DNA of 62,101 nt, counting the filler, from Hausera hauseri (lineage: Eukaryota): assembly GCA_046269625.1 (NCBI GenBank). It is 12 parts of 12 records of this genome, joined end to end, with 100 filler letters (N's around TTAATTAATTAA, not from the genome) between each part and the next. Parts side by side here need not be neighbours in the genome. Positions count along the whole stretch, not along the records: positions 37,649 to 41,865 come from JBJURY010694771.1; positions 41,966 to 48,290 come from JBJURY010113098.1; positions 48,391 to 53,470 come from JBJURY010342157.1; 9 more parts are not named here. One strand, 5' to 3'. The notes under the pieces are model-generated. The model ran no database searches. It had not been told where the DNA came from and saw only the letters and a list, made by a program, of their open reading frames with translations. The translations under genes were made by a program, and so were the position numbers. Shown here piece by piece: positions 37,649 through 50,010 of the stretch (position 1 is its first letter; each line of letters begins with the position of its first letter).

Positions 37649-40600
37649 ACTTATGACGTATGCTTGTAAACACGAAGGATCGGTCTCTTTAATTAAAGAT
37701 GTAATTATTCCTCCTCGCTCCGAGATAGTAGTACCTGGGAGAATAGAAGGAGACGTACAAATTACACCCGTGTATTTCAAACCTTTCCCGCGAATAATGT
37801 AGAAACACGACATTCTTATCGCACCACACGTAGACAAGGTGAGAAATGGAATGATTCAATTAAGAATCTGCAATACGGAGAATACAGAAAAGAAACTAAG
37901 AAAAAATACCCGAGTGGGACAAATAACGATGGTTGAGGATGTATTAAAAGAGAAAATTAATTCTACAATTGCGGATGTGGACAAAATTGAAAAAAGGATG
38001 ACGGAGAAGTTCAAGATAGAAACAAATAAAGACCGAGTTAAAAGTGTCAGCATTAATTGGGAAGAAAAATTGCAAGATAATAAAGTATTTAGTAAGGAGG
38101 AGAAAGGAATTTTAATACAGCTGCTGGAAAAAATAATAACAAACTCGTACAGAATGACTATGATTTATGAACAATGAAAGTGATACAGTACGCCATTAAA
38201 TTGAAAAAGGCACAGGAAAAACCCTTGAAGAAACGACCATATCTACTAGCCTATAGTAAAAAGCAGCAGACCCGTAAAATCATGAAAAAAATGAGGGAGA
38301 ATAAGATAATTTGACCCATCTGTTTTCCATGGACCGCACCAGTGGTCATGGTAAAATGAAGGATGGAACTATGAGGTTCTGTATAGATTACCAAGCATTA
38401 AACGAGATAACGGAGACGAATACGTATCCTCTACCAAAAATCGACGAGATAGTGGACAAATTGCAAGGTTCAACTATATGTACGACTATTGATCTACAGA
38501 AAGGATATTGGCAGGTGGAAGTAAAAGAAGAGGACAAACCAAAAACGGCCTTCACGATAGGCAAAGGATTATGGGAATTTAATAGAATGCCATTCGGAAT
38601 AAGAAATCGGACCGCATACATTTCAGCGAGGAATGGAATTACTACTGTTAGACGCACCACATGCCATGGTATACATTGACGATGTAATTATAGCATCACC
38701 AGATTTCCATCAACATTTGAAGGATTTACAGGACCTTTTCGACAGATGTGAAATAATGGGTCTCAAAATAAGTGCAAAGAAATGTTGCTTTGCCCAGGCA
38801 GAAGTCGACTTCCTTGGACATCGAGTTAATAGGCATGATGTAAAACCTCAGGATAAGTTGATAGGTAAAATGAAAGATTTTCCGAAACCGGCCACAGTGA
38901 GAAAATTACTCCTATTTTTAGAACTTGCAAATTATTATCGAAGATTCATAAAAGATTTCAGAAAAATAGCTCGACCACTATACGAGTTATTGCGTGAAGA
39001 TTTAGAGAAGGTGTGATGGGCCGCTGATTGACAAAAGGCATTTGAAATCTTAATAGAAAAATTATGAAACGCGCCAGTTTTGGTCTACAAGATATGACTA
39101 AACCCTTCATATTAGCGACAGACGCAAGTGACTATAAAGTCTGGGCGGTTTTATCACAAAAGGGTGAATATGGAAAAGAACACCCAGTAGCGTATGCATT
39201 AAGAAAACTAAATAAACACCAAAAGAAATATGCGGTCACTGAAAAGGAATTATTTGCCGTAATATTCGCCTTAGAGGTATTCTTACCATACATTAGTGAG
39301 AATAAGCCATTTTTAATATATACAGATTGTCGACCTCTGCAGTGCTTCAGACAACACGAAAACCCAAATAGTCGCTCATTACGATGAGCTCTCAAGTCGC
39401 AACCTTACGCGATAAATTTCCAAATACTACTGCAGGCTACCTATCGAGAATGAAGAAACCGCCAAAAGAAAAGAAAGAAGTAGTTGCAGCTGTATGGAGC
39501 ATGGATAGGTCTGTAGCAAAAATAAAGGACAACCAACAAGAGGACGTCAAAATAAAGTCGATTAGAAGCTACATACAGAGTAAAATTATACCATAAGATA
39601 AGGAGTTAGTCCGCCACCTGGCTCGATTTAGCGATGCCTACGAGAAGAAGGAAAGATTTTTGTATTATACACACCAAGATGGAACAGCATTAGTAATATC
39701 TAATAAGAACAGAACAGTACCATTGGCTAACTACCATGATAAACTTTCGGTGGACATCAGTCGACTCGAAAAACCATAAGTAAATTGAAAAAAAATAATT
39801 TTGGCCGACTATGGCGAAAGATGTTCAAGAATGGTGTGATAGTTGCCACACGAAAAAATACTGAATCAAATTTCAAAGCTCCCCTCAAAGTATGGGAGAA
39901 TCCTCCTGCTCCGTTTGAATTTACCACCATGGATATAACAGAATCATTACCATTAACAAGAAATGGAAATAAATACATCTTTGTCTTTATAGACTACTTT
40001 ACATGATAGGTCGTAGCATTATCTATGCCGGACATGAAAGCGGATACAATCGCCGAAAATTTTGTAGAAAATATTGTGTTCAATTACGGAGCTCCAAGAT
40101 TCTTATTGACAGAACAAGCCTCGAATTTAATTGGGAACGTAGTGCAAGCTATTTATGGTATAATGCGCGTATCAAAGTTACAATCGACTACAGGCCACCC
40201 AGAAAATAATGGCATGTTCTAAAGATGCACTAGTGACTTGAAAAATAAACTACAAACAGTTGTTAGTACTAGACAAGACTATTGGGACGAATATATTAAT
40301 GCCTGCGTGTTCGTAAATCGGACACCGGTGCACGAAACTACGAAAGGAACACCATTCTACTCGATGTTTTTGAGAGGCCAGGCTACCAGTCGATCTGGAT
40401 TTTAATGCTAGACCCATTTCTCATCTGATGGAAGTAGAAGAATACAAACAGTTGATGCAAAAACTTCTACAACTAGCCTATAAGATAATGAAAGACAATC
40501 AGAAAGAGTATAAATTGACCTACAAGAAATACTACGACGCGAAAACTAAGCAACGCAAAATTAAAGTTGGAGATAAAATGATGTTACATACACCATTAGA

Positions 40601-40808
40601 TGAGAAATGCAAAACATCCAAGTTGGATAGGCCTTATAAGGAACCGTACGAAGTAGAAAAAGTGGCCCTACCCAATATATATCTAAAAAAAAATAACGTC
40701 AGAATCAAAGTACATGTCAACAGGTGTAAACCTGTTCCTAAGAAAAGTAAATTAAGAGCAGATGAACAAGAATTTGTAAGAGCCATCAGCCATAAAAGAA
40801 AAGTTTAG
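37649..40808 (+). mobile_element. Decayed Ty3/gypsy pol (RT-RNase H-integrase)
   Basis: MRFCIDYQALN, DLQKGYWQV, KTAF, YIDD, LATDAS, AVTEKELFAV, MDITESLPLTRNGNKYIFVFIDYFT, GPY-like KEPYEV. Confidence 0.95.
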
Positions 40809-40819
40809 ATTACGAAATA

Positions 40820-41605
40820 TTGAAATATTTCTGTCTATTGGTCCTTATAGGAGTATCAGGCCTGTTGGCCCAGTCGACAAAACCGTTTGATCCATGGATG
40901 AGAACATACCCTTTAAAGGAAACATAAAAAAGTAGCCTAATGAAAAGTATTTAGCACGAGATAACCTATACAAGGAAAGGTCGAAAATGTGTAAAGTTCA
41001 TGGTATTTAAAAGGCTACCTAAGCGGTATATGATAGGAATTCAGGCAATCCACGAGGATGATTATGAACGAAGGCCGAAACAAGGAAAGTATGATTGCGG
41101 CATTACTTATTGGGGGAACACAACGGAATGTATAATATATTACTCTGGAAATTATCTTAGATACTATATTCTGATCAAGTTACATAAGAACCACTGTCAG
41201 TGGCAACACACTAAGTTCCGAGGCATTGTACAGGTTCCCAATAGACGAACAATGAACGCAACAAGATTAGATGGAATAATAATAACCCAACTCACCGTTA
41301 AGCCGATAGGATTTAAAAGCGGACGAAGTTGTATCGAAATTAGAACAATGATACCGTTGGAAGAGAACACAGCAGTAAATATAAGACTTACAGATGTACA
41401 AAATGCCATCTAACTGACATACACCTCAGAGTCTGCTGTAATATCCTACAAGGCTAAACTTACTATTTAGAATTTGTGTTAGTACGAAAGGATTCAGGGA
41501 TCGACAAGACTCTAACCCACCAACGGCCCAGAACGTATGTTCGACTTAAAAATGCCTTTGAATATAATGACTAGCAGCAACCAAGTGAGTAGGGGAAAGA
41601 GAGGA
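40820..41605 (+). pseudogene. Putative env-like third ORF of the gypsy element (broken)
   Basis: Signal-peptide-like LKYFCLLVLIGVSGLLAQS directly after pol; Cys residues and N-glycosylation sequons (NTT, NAT); furin-type RGKR at 41591-41602. Confidence 0.55.
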
Positions 41606-41721
41606 CACTGCGCCAATATAAATGTCCTATCTGGAGACCCTTCCAGGATTGAAAATCAGTAATTTTATATGCGAAAAATTTAGAAATCAATATTCTTTTG
41701 ATATCGATTGGCGCAATCGTG
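41606..41721. mobile_element. Possible tiny MITE truncating the env-like ORF
   Basis: Inverted ends CACTGCGCCAAT ... ATTGGCGCAATCGTG. Confidence 0.3.
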
Positions 41722-41965
41722 GTTTCACTATTCCCACCTCCACTTTGTTTTATTTTGCAAGTTCATATAATTACATCTGTGTAACTTGTGAAAAATTTGT
41801 CAAAATGTACACTATGACAAAACATAAGACAAAGAAGTCCGTACAAATATTTATTAATATAACATNNNNNNNNNNNNNNNNNNNNNNNNNNNNNNNNNNN
41901 NNNNNNNNNTTAATTAATTAANNNNNNNNNNNNNNNNNNNNNNNNNNNNNNNNNNNNNNNNNNNN

Positions 41966-43280
41966 AAAACCAGAATTACAAAATTTCAAAATTGAAAGTA
42001 AGCAAATTCATATTTCTCAAATGTTAATATTCCACAAAGATCTACACGATTATCAATAGACCGAGACCGATATTCAGAAACTAATATGTTTACAAGAAAA
42101 GGATCCAGAATTACAAATAATCAGAGAATTTGTGAGAAGAAAGAAAATTAATACGGAAGAGAAGACCATCACTAACCATTTATTAAACCAAGGATCGCAT
42201 TATCTTATTATTAATAATCTGTTAAGATATTGGCACCGGAATAGACAACTAATTGTAATACCATTGGAAAAACTAAAGTCATACTACACCAAGAACATGA
42301 CGGAATGTTGGCGGGAAAAAAATCAAAACAACATATTATTGGAGAACTGTTTAACAGAATGTAAAAAAATGGTGTAAAGATTGTCAAATCTGCTCAACTA
42401 GACGTGCTAGAGGACAATGCAGTAAACCGCAACTACACCCTATAATACCACCAGCAAGGCCGATGGAATTTACTGCGATGGATATTATAGGCCCATTACA
42501 TAAAACTTAAAGTGGCAACCAATCCATACTAGTATTTATTGATTATTTAGCACGATTTCCGGAAGCTTTCCCAATGCCTGATAAGACGGTATTCATCGTT
42601 GGACCTTTGTTTGTCGAAGAAATAGGTTTTCAACATGGTGCTCCACGAAAAATATTAACGGACCAAGGAAGAGAATTTATAAATCGTATGTTTAAAGAGG
42701 TGTGCAAATTATTCACGATATATAAACTTAAAACTGCCTTATATCATCCAGAAACAGACGGAATGGTGGAAAAACTAAATGGAACGTTATTGTCACTGTT
42801 AACGATTGGCAAGATGATTGGAACCTATTTATTCCCGCCCGCATTTTCGCCTTGAGATCTGCTCCACATACGGCAACGCATGAATCTCCCTTTTATCTGA
42901 TGTATGGAAGAGAACCGTAACTACCTATAGATTTAGAATTTATACCAAATGAAGCATTGGCCAAAAGCAAACCAGATTATGTAAATTATTTTAAAAAAGA
43001 CTAACGAAATCTTGGGCCTTAGCTCAGTCATTGACATTAGATTATTAAAAACAGTATAAAAAGCAATATGATAAATATGCCAGGCCCAATAAAATTCAAG
43101 CAGATAGTTGGGTATTGGTTTATGACCATGTAACAAAAAAGGTCTATCACCTAAGCTAACTCGTCCATGGAAAGGACCATATCAAGTTGAGCGAGTTACA
43201 GATAACAATATTTTTATTAAAAAGAAAGTAGGGAAACGTAATGAAGTTGTTTGTTTAGCAGCAGAATGGTGTAAATTGAC
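41966..43280 (+). mobile_element. Decayed gypsy integrase (another family)
   Basis: WCKDCQIC zinc finger, AMDIIGPL, ILTDQGREF, TALYHPETDGMVEKLN, WKGPYQV. Confidence 0.92.
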
Positions 43281-44027
43281 TTCCCAACCTATATCAAAAA
43301 GCAAAAATCCAGAAATAAAACAACCGGAGGATGAAAAGAAAGATAAAATGAAAGTAACAGATATTACTCTACCAACCTGCTCTACCTCAATTGAAAATCG
43401 TATCTCATACGCAACATTTTTTTACCCTAATTTGTTGCTTGGAAATTTACGAATGTCGACCAGCGATATACATGGGATGGAGACATCAAAATCAGATAAC
43501 TTATTTACATAAAAATATTCCTTATACAACTAATACTATTAAAGTTTTAATATTTTACATTTGGAATAACCGGTCAATACAATTTCTGGGTCTTTGTACA
43601 ATTGAACCGCCTGGTGGCGCACGTTTTTATCATGTGGGTAAGCCTATAATACAGCAAATCTTTGCCTTTTTTAATCAGGACTCAATGAAAATCGTTGATA
43701 GATGGAAAACACCTCTTTTACAAACTCCTTCGTTTCGAATTTTTAGAGAGCCATGTGGTGCCTGGAATGCGGCTGCACTGTTTGAGGCTGTCGAATAAGT
43801 GAGAGAATTTTCACCACCATGTTTTGAGTCATCTTTAGTGCGGTAGCTGGATATTACAGATTTACAGATACCAAAAAAGGACGAGCAGAAAAGTTGATAA
43901 CTACTCAAAAGACGTCAGGTGCTATGCAGAAAACGGTTTTGGCAGCTGATAAAGCCAACGACAATATTCAGGATTAAATGATACTGACCAATGCATGAAA
44001 ACATGGATGTTTCTATTTTGTCCACAA

Positions 44028-47000
44028 CTTTCTCTCTCGCTCTGGCTCTCTCTATGTCTTTCTCTCTATCTCTCTCTCCCTCTCTCTCTCCCTCGCTCTA
44101 TCTCCCTTCCTCTCTCTCCCTCTCTATCTCCCTATCTCTCTGTCTCTCTCTGTATGTCTCTGTCTCTCTGCCTCTCGCTGTCTATTTCTCCCTCTTTCTC
44201 TTTTTCTGTCTCTGTCTCTCGGTCTCTCTGTCTCTCTGTCTTTCCCTCTGCCCCTATGTCTCTCTCTCTCTATCCCTCGCTGTCTCTCTCTCTGTCGTCG
44301 TCTCTGTCTCTGTCTCAGATTTGTCTCTGTCTCAGTCTTTGTCACCCTGTCTATTTCTCTGTCTCTGTCTTTGTCTCTCTCTGCCTCTCTCTGTATCTCT
44401 CTGCTTCTCTGTCTCTCTTTGTCTCTCCCTCTCTCTGTCTCTCCCTCCCTCTCTCTCCCTCTCTCTCTATCTCTTTCTCTCTCTCCCTATGTCTCTGTCG
44501 CTCTATGTCTCTCTGTCGCTGTCTCTCTCTGTCTCTCGCTGTCTCTCTCTCTGTCGTCGTCTCTGTCTCTGTCTCAGTCTTTGTCTCTGTCTCGGTCNNN
44601 NNNNNNNNNNNNNNNNNNNNNNNNNNNNNNNNNNNNNNNNNNNNNNNNNNNNNNNNNNNNNNNNNNNNNNNNNNNNNNNNNNNNNNNNNNNNNNNNNNNN
44701 NNNNNNNNNNNNNNNNNNNNNNNNNNNNNNNNNNNNNNNNNNNNNNNNNNNNNNNNNNNNNNNNNNNNNNNNNNNNNNNNNGCTCTGTCTCAGTCTCTGT
44801 CTCTGTCTCTGGCTCTGTCTTTGTCTCTGTCTCTGTCACTCTTTCTCTCTCTCTCTGTCGCTCACACTTCCTCTTTCTTTCTCTGTATCTCTGTTTCTCT
44901 ATCTCTGTCTCTCGGTCTCTTTCTGTCTCTGTCTCTGTCTCAGTCTCTGTCTCTGTCTCTGCCTCTGTCTCTGTCTCTGTCTTTGTCTCTGTCGCTGTCT
45001 CTGTCGCTCTGTGTCTGTGTTTGCCTCTGTTTCTCTCTCTCTGTAACACTGTCTCTCTCTCTCAGTCTCTCTTTGTCTCTGTCTCTGCTTCTCTATGTTT
45101 CTGTCTCTCCCTCTATCTCTCTCTACCTCTCTTTCTCTCTTTGTCTCTCTGTCTCCCTCTCTCCCTCTGTCTGTCTATCTCTCTGTACCTCTGTCTCGCT
45201 CTGTCTCTCTCTGTGTCTCTCTCTGCTTCTCTATCTATCTGTCTCTACCACTCTCTCTCTCTCTACCCCTCTCTCTCTGTCTCCTTGTCTCCCTCGCTCC
45301 CCATGTCTCTCTCTGTCTCCGTCTCTGTATGTGGCTCAGTCTCTGTCTCTGTCTCTGGCTCTGTCTTTGTCTCTGTCTCTGTCACTCTGTCTCTCTCTCT
45401 GTCTCTGTCGCTCACACTTCCTCTTTCTCTCTCTGTATCTCTATTTATCTATCTCTGTCTCTCGGTCTCTTTCTGTCTCTGTCTCTGTCGCTCTGTCTCT
45501 GTCTCGGTTTNNNNNNNNNNNNNNNNNNNNNNNNNNNNNNNNNNNNNNNNNNNNNNNNNNNNNNNNNNNNNNNNNNNNNNNNNNNNNNNNNNNNNNNNNN
45601 NNNNNNNNNNNNNNNNNNNNNNNNNNNNNNNNNNNNNNNNNNNNNNNNNNNNNNNNNNNNNNNNNNNNNNNNNTACCCGCTGTCTCGGTCTCTCTGTCTC
45701 TCTCTCTGTATCTCTGTCTCTCTCTCCCTCTCTGTCTCTTTGCCTCTCTCTGTCTCTGTCTCTGTCTCTCTCCATCTTTGTCCCTCCTTGTCTCTCTCTC
45801 TCTCCGTATCTCTCTCTGTCTCTCTATGTCTCCGTCTCTGTCTCTGTCTCGNNNNNNNNNNNNNNNNNNNNNNNNNNNNNNNNNNNNNNNNNNNNNNNNN
45901 NNNNNNNNNNNNNNNNNNNNNNNNNNNNNNNNNNNNNNNNNNNNNNNNNNNNNNNNNNNNNNNNNNNNNNNNNNNNNNNNNNNNNNNNNNNTTCTCTGCC
46001 GCCTTCTGTCTCTCCGTCACTCCGTCTCTCCCTCCCATTCTCTCACTCCCTCTCTCTGTCTCTCTGTCTCCATCTCTCCCTCTGTCTTTGTTTCTCTCTG
46101 CCTCTGTCTCCGTCTCTGTGTCTGTCTCAGTCTCTGTCTCTGTTTCTCTCTCGATTTTTGTCGCTATGTCTCTGTCTCTTTTGTTGTCGCTCTGTCTCTG
46201 TCTCTGTCCCTCTCCCTGTCTCTGCCTCTGTCTCTGTCTCTGTCCCTCTCTGTCTCCATGTCTGTCTCTTTGTGTCTCTCCCTGTCTCTGTCTCTCTCTG
46301 CCTCTCTCTGTATCTCTCTGCTTCTTTGTCTCTCTCTGTCTCTCCCTCTCTCTATCTCTCCCTCCTTCTCTCTCTATCTCTTTCTCTCTCTCCCTATGTC
46401 TCTGTCGCTCTATGTCTCTCTGTCTCTGTCCCTCGCTGTCTCTCTCTGTCGTCGTCTCTGTCTATGTCTCAGTCTTTGTCTCGGTCTCGGTCTTTGTCGC
46501 CCTGTCTATCTCTCAGTCTCTCTCTGTCTCTGTCTCTGTACCTGTCTGTCTCTCTGTCTCTGTCTCCGTCTCTGTATGTGTCTCAGTCTCTGTCTCTGTC
46601 TCTGGCTCTGTCTTTGTCTCTGTCTCTGTCACTCTGTCTCTCTCTGTCTTTTTTATGTCTATCTTACCCGCTGTCTCGGTCTCTCTGTCTCTCTTTCTCT
46701 CTATCTCTGTCTCTCTCTCCCTCTCTGTCTCTTTGCCTCTCTCTGTCTCTGTGTCTGTCTCTGTCCCTCTTTGTCCATCCTTGTCTGTCTCTCTCTCCGT
46801 ATCTCTCTCTGTCTGTCTTTCTATGTCTCCGTCTCTGTCTCTGTCTCGGTATGTGTCACTGTCGCTGTCTATGTCTCTGTCTCTGACTCTGTCTCTCTCT
46901 CTATGTACTTCTGTCTCTCTATCTCTCTCTGTCTCTGTGTATGTGTCTGTCTCTCTTTGTGTCTCTCCTTCTCTCTGTCTCTCTGCGCTCTCTCTCTGCT

Positions 47001-48290
47001 TCTCTGCCGCCTTCTGTCTCTCCGTTACTCCGTCTCTCCCTCCCACTCTCTCACTCCCTCTCTCTGTCCCTCTGTCTCCATCTCTCCCTCTGTCTTTGTT
47101 TCTCTCTGCCTCTGTCTCCGTCCCTGTGTTTGTCTCAATCTCTGCCTCTGTTTCTCTCTCAATTTTTGTCGCTATGTCTCTGTCTCTTTTGCTGTCGCTC
47201 TGTCTCTGTCTCTGCCTCTGTCTCTCTCTCTCTCTCTCTGTCTTTCTCTGTCTCTCTCTCTGTCGTCGTCTCTGTCTCTGTCTCAGTCTTTGTCTCTGTT
47301 TCGGTCTTTGTCGCCCTGTCTATCTCTCTGTCTCTGTCTTTGTCTCTCTCTGTCTTTGTCTTTGTCTGTCTGTCTGTCTCTCAGTCTCTCTCTATGTCTC
47401 TCTCTGTCTTTGTCTCTGTACCTGTCTCTCTCCGTCTGTCTCTGTCTCTGTCTGTCTCTGTCTCTCTCTCTGTCTCCGTCTCTGTATGTGTCTCAGTCTC
47501 TGTTTCTGTCTCTGGCTCTGTCTTTGTCTCTGTCTCTGTCACTCTTTCTCTCTCTCTCTGTCGCTCACACTTCCTCTTTCTTTCTCTGTATCTCTGTTTC
47601 TCTATCTCTGTCTCTCGGTCTCTTTCTGTCTCTGTCTCTGTCTCAGTCTCTGTCTCTGTCTCTGCCTCTGTCTCTGTCTCTGTCTTTGTCTCTGTCGCTG
47701 TCTCTGTCGCTCTGTGTCTGTGTTTGCCTCTGTTTCTCTCTCTCTGTAACACTGTCTCTCTCTCTCAGTCTCTCTTTGTCTCTGTCTCTGCTTCTCTATG
47801 TTTCTGTCTCTCCCTCTATCTCTCTCTACCTCTCTTTCTCTCTTTGTCTCTCTGTCTCCCTCTCTCCCTCTGTCTGTCTATCTCTCTGTACCTCTGTCTC
47901 GCTCTGTCTCTCTCTGTGTCTCTCTCTGCTTCTCTATCTATCTGTCTCTACCACTCTCTCTCTCTCTACCCCTCTCTCTCTGTCTCCTTGTCTCCCTCGC
48001 TCCCCATGTCTCTCTCTGTCTCCGTCTCTGTATGTGGCTCAGTCTCTGTCTCTGTCTCTGGCTCTGTCTTTGTCTCTGTCTCTGTCACTCTGTCTCTCTC
48101 TCTGTCTCTGTCGCTCACACTTCCTCTTTCTCTCTCTGTATCTCTATTTATCTATCTCTGTCTCTCGGTCTCTTTCTGTCTCTGTCTCTGTCGCTCTGTC
48201 TCTGTCTCGGTTTCTGTCGCTCTGTCCCTGTCTCTGTCTCTGTCTCTCTCTATGTACCACTGTCTCTGTCTCTGTCTCTCTGTCTCTCTC
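44028..48290 (+). repeat. (TC)n/(TCTCTG)n polypyrimidine array with internal N gaps and higher-order duplications
   Basis: Continuous TC/TGTC motifs; ~44790-45510 is nearly identical to ~47493-48213. Confidence 0.98.
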
Positions 48291-48390
48291 NNNNNNNNNN
48301 NNNNNNNNNNNNNNNNNNNNNNNNNNNNNNNNNNTTAATTAATTAANNNNNNNNNNNNNNNNNNNNNNNNNNNNNNNNNNNNNNNNNNNN

Positions 48391-50010
48391 ACTTGTCTCT
48401 TTATGTCAAAGTAGGATAGCGAATTTCTGTGTTGAGTATATGTGTAAACGGTCGATTTGTGTATTTTAAAACCAACATTCGTTCCTCCCTGCGTTGTTTG
48501 TGTGTCTAAGACTTCTAGAAAGGTTTCCTTGTCTAGTTTGTTGTGTTGTTTGGTGAGGCCTTTAGTGCTGGTCTTATCATAGTCTCCAAAGCAATGGTAC
48601 GCTTTACTGCAAAGAGATATCATCCCGTTGCCGGAGAATTCTAATTTATATAGACCGGGAAACCTTTTATCGTATAACTTCTTGTCCCTACATGCCTGGC
48701 AGTCTACCACCGCCTTACCAGCTCTAGCTACAAATAGGAAGCGGTTGGCAGAGCAAACTTCAGCGGGAAACCAACGGTCGTAAACTCGGTAAAATTGGTG
48801 TCTAAGGCGAGGTCTGACTGCTTCGGCTAAGTCGGACACGCTCAAGGCCATATACAAACTGTCCGTGTCCATTTCGCACAACTGGAAATCGGACCTGTCT
48901 ACAAACTTGTCGATAAAGTCGTAGTAAAACTCTAACATACGTAACTTTGCGTGCTGGTACACAAAGAAGCCTATCTGTTGGGGCAGGTCCCAGAATATCT
49001 ATCTCGAACAGGTCGTCGGAAATTTGCGTCATTTTTTTTAATTGAAGGTTGTTGACGTATTTGGTAGTGTCTTTACCCCGACAATAAGATACCGCCGTGT
49101 GCTTGGCTTTGTTGGTCAACGTCTTTCCATAGGCAGAGTTACCGAGCAGCTTCATCGTATCACTGAAAATAGAGTCGGCATCATTCTTATCCTCCTGGCG
49201 CAGCGCGTCGGAGACACTGTCCCCAATTTTTTTAAAACAAGCCACTGGGTGATATTCAATTACCCGATTTATCTTGGTCACTTGTAACCCTTTTTTTCAA
49301 ATACCATTTTAGTAATGAGGTCGCTAGGAGTATCTTGTCGCCTTTGTAGCTTCCTACCAAAGTACGACGTCAAAAGTTTGTTTTTGACAGCGTACTCCCG
49401 CATAAATTCTCCAATGTCATCTCTGGAGATGTCGACGTGTTTATAGATTGGCGTCATTTCAACAAAGTACGCTTTCAGATGCTCTGGCACGTGTATATCA
49501 CATTCTATTAAACCAAAAAACTTGTTTCTCGCCTTGAGAATCTCTTCTTCTGTCAGTGGATGTCGGAGCGTGGTTTGCCCCCTGAAAGGTGTAGGGTTTA
49601 GATATGCACCAATCGGTGCGTCAGCTTTTTTCATCTTTTTCCACTGACATTCCCATGGCTCGTCGACCGTGACTTCACGTGCGTGACATTCTCGCACCTT
49701 GCAAGTTTTTTTGTAAAGAGCTGCCAGGGCTTCTTATTGATGGGGTTCACGACTTAACCTTCCATGATGGAACAATCTGGGTGCCCGTGAAACAGGCACC
49801 CATGAAATTGGTAGGCTGCCTGAGTATGCTTGCACCACCCATCGACCTTGACGTGTTTAGGACCCATCGGCATTTCCCTGCTATTATACTGGGTTTTGAG
49901 GGTTATACCATGCATGTGTTCGATAAAGGCCGGCCATTCCCGGCTTTCTTTGGTGTATGAATTAACGGTGTTTCTTAAACCCATCTTCACAAGTTCTGAC
50001 AATGGCAAAG
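48391..50010 (-). mobile_element. Decayed protein-primed PolB, relic 2 (subtype with inserted PD-(D/E)xK/Vsr-like nuclease motif)
   Basis: VDGWC...AYQFHGCLFHGHPDC, FGLIECDIHVP, KLLGNSAYGKT (B), EMDTDSLY (C), PGLYKLEF, STKG. Confidence 0.92.

Noticed and set aside
43991-48346. ORFs up to 1323 aa rich in SL/CL/SV
   Set aside because: Artefacts of the TC repeat and N gaps
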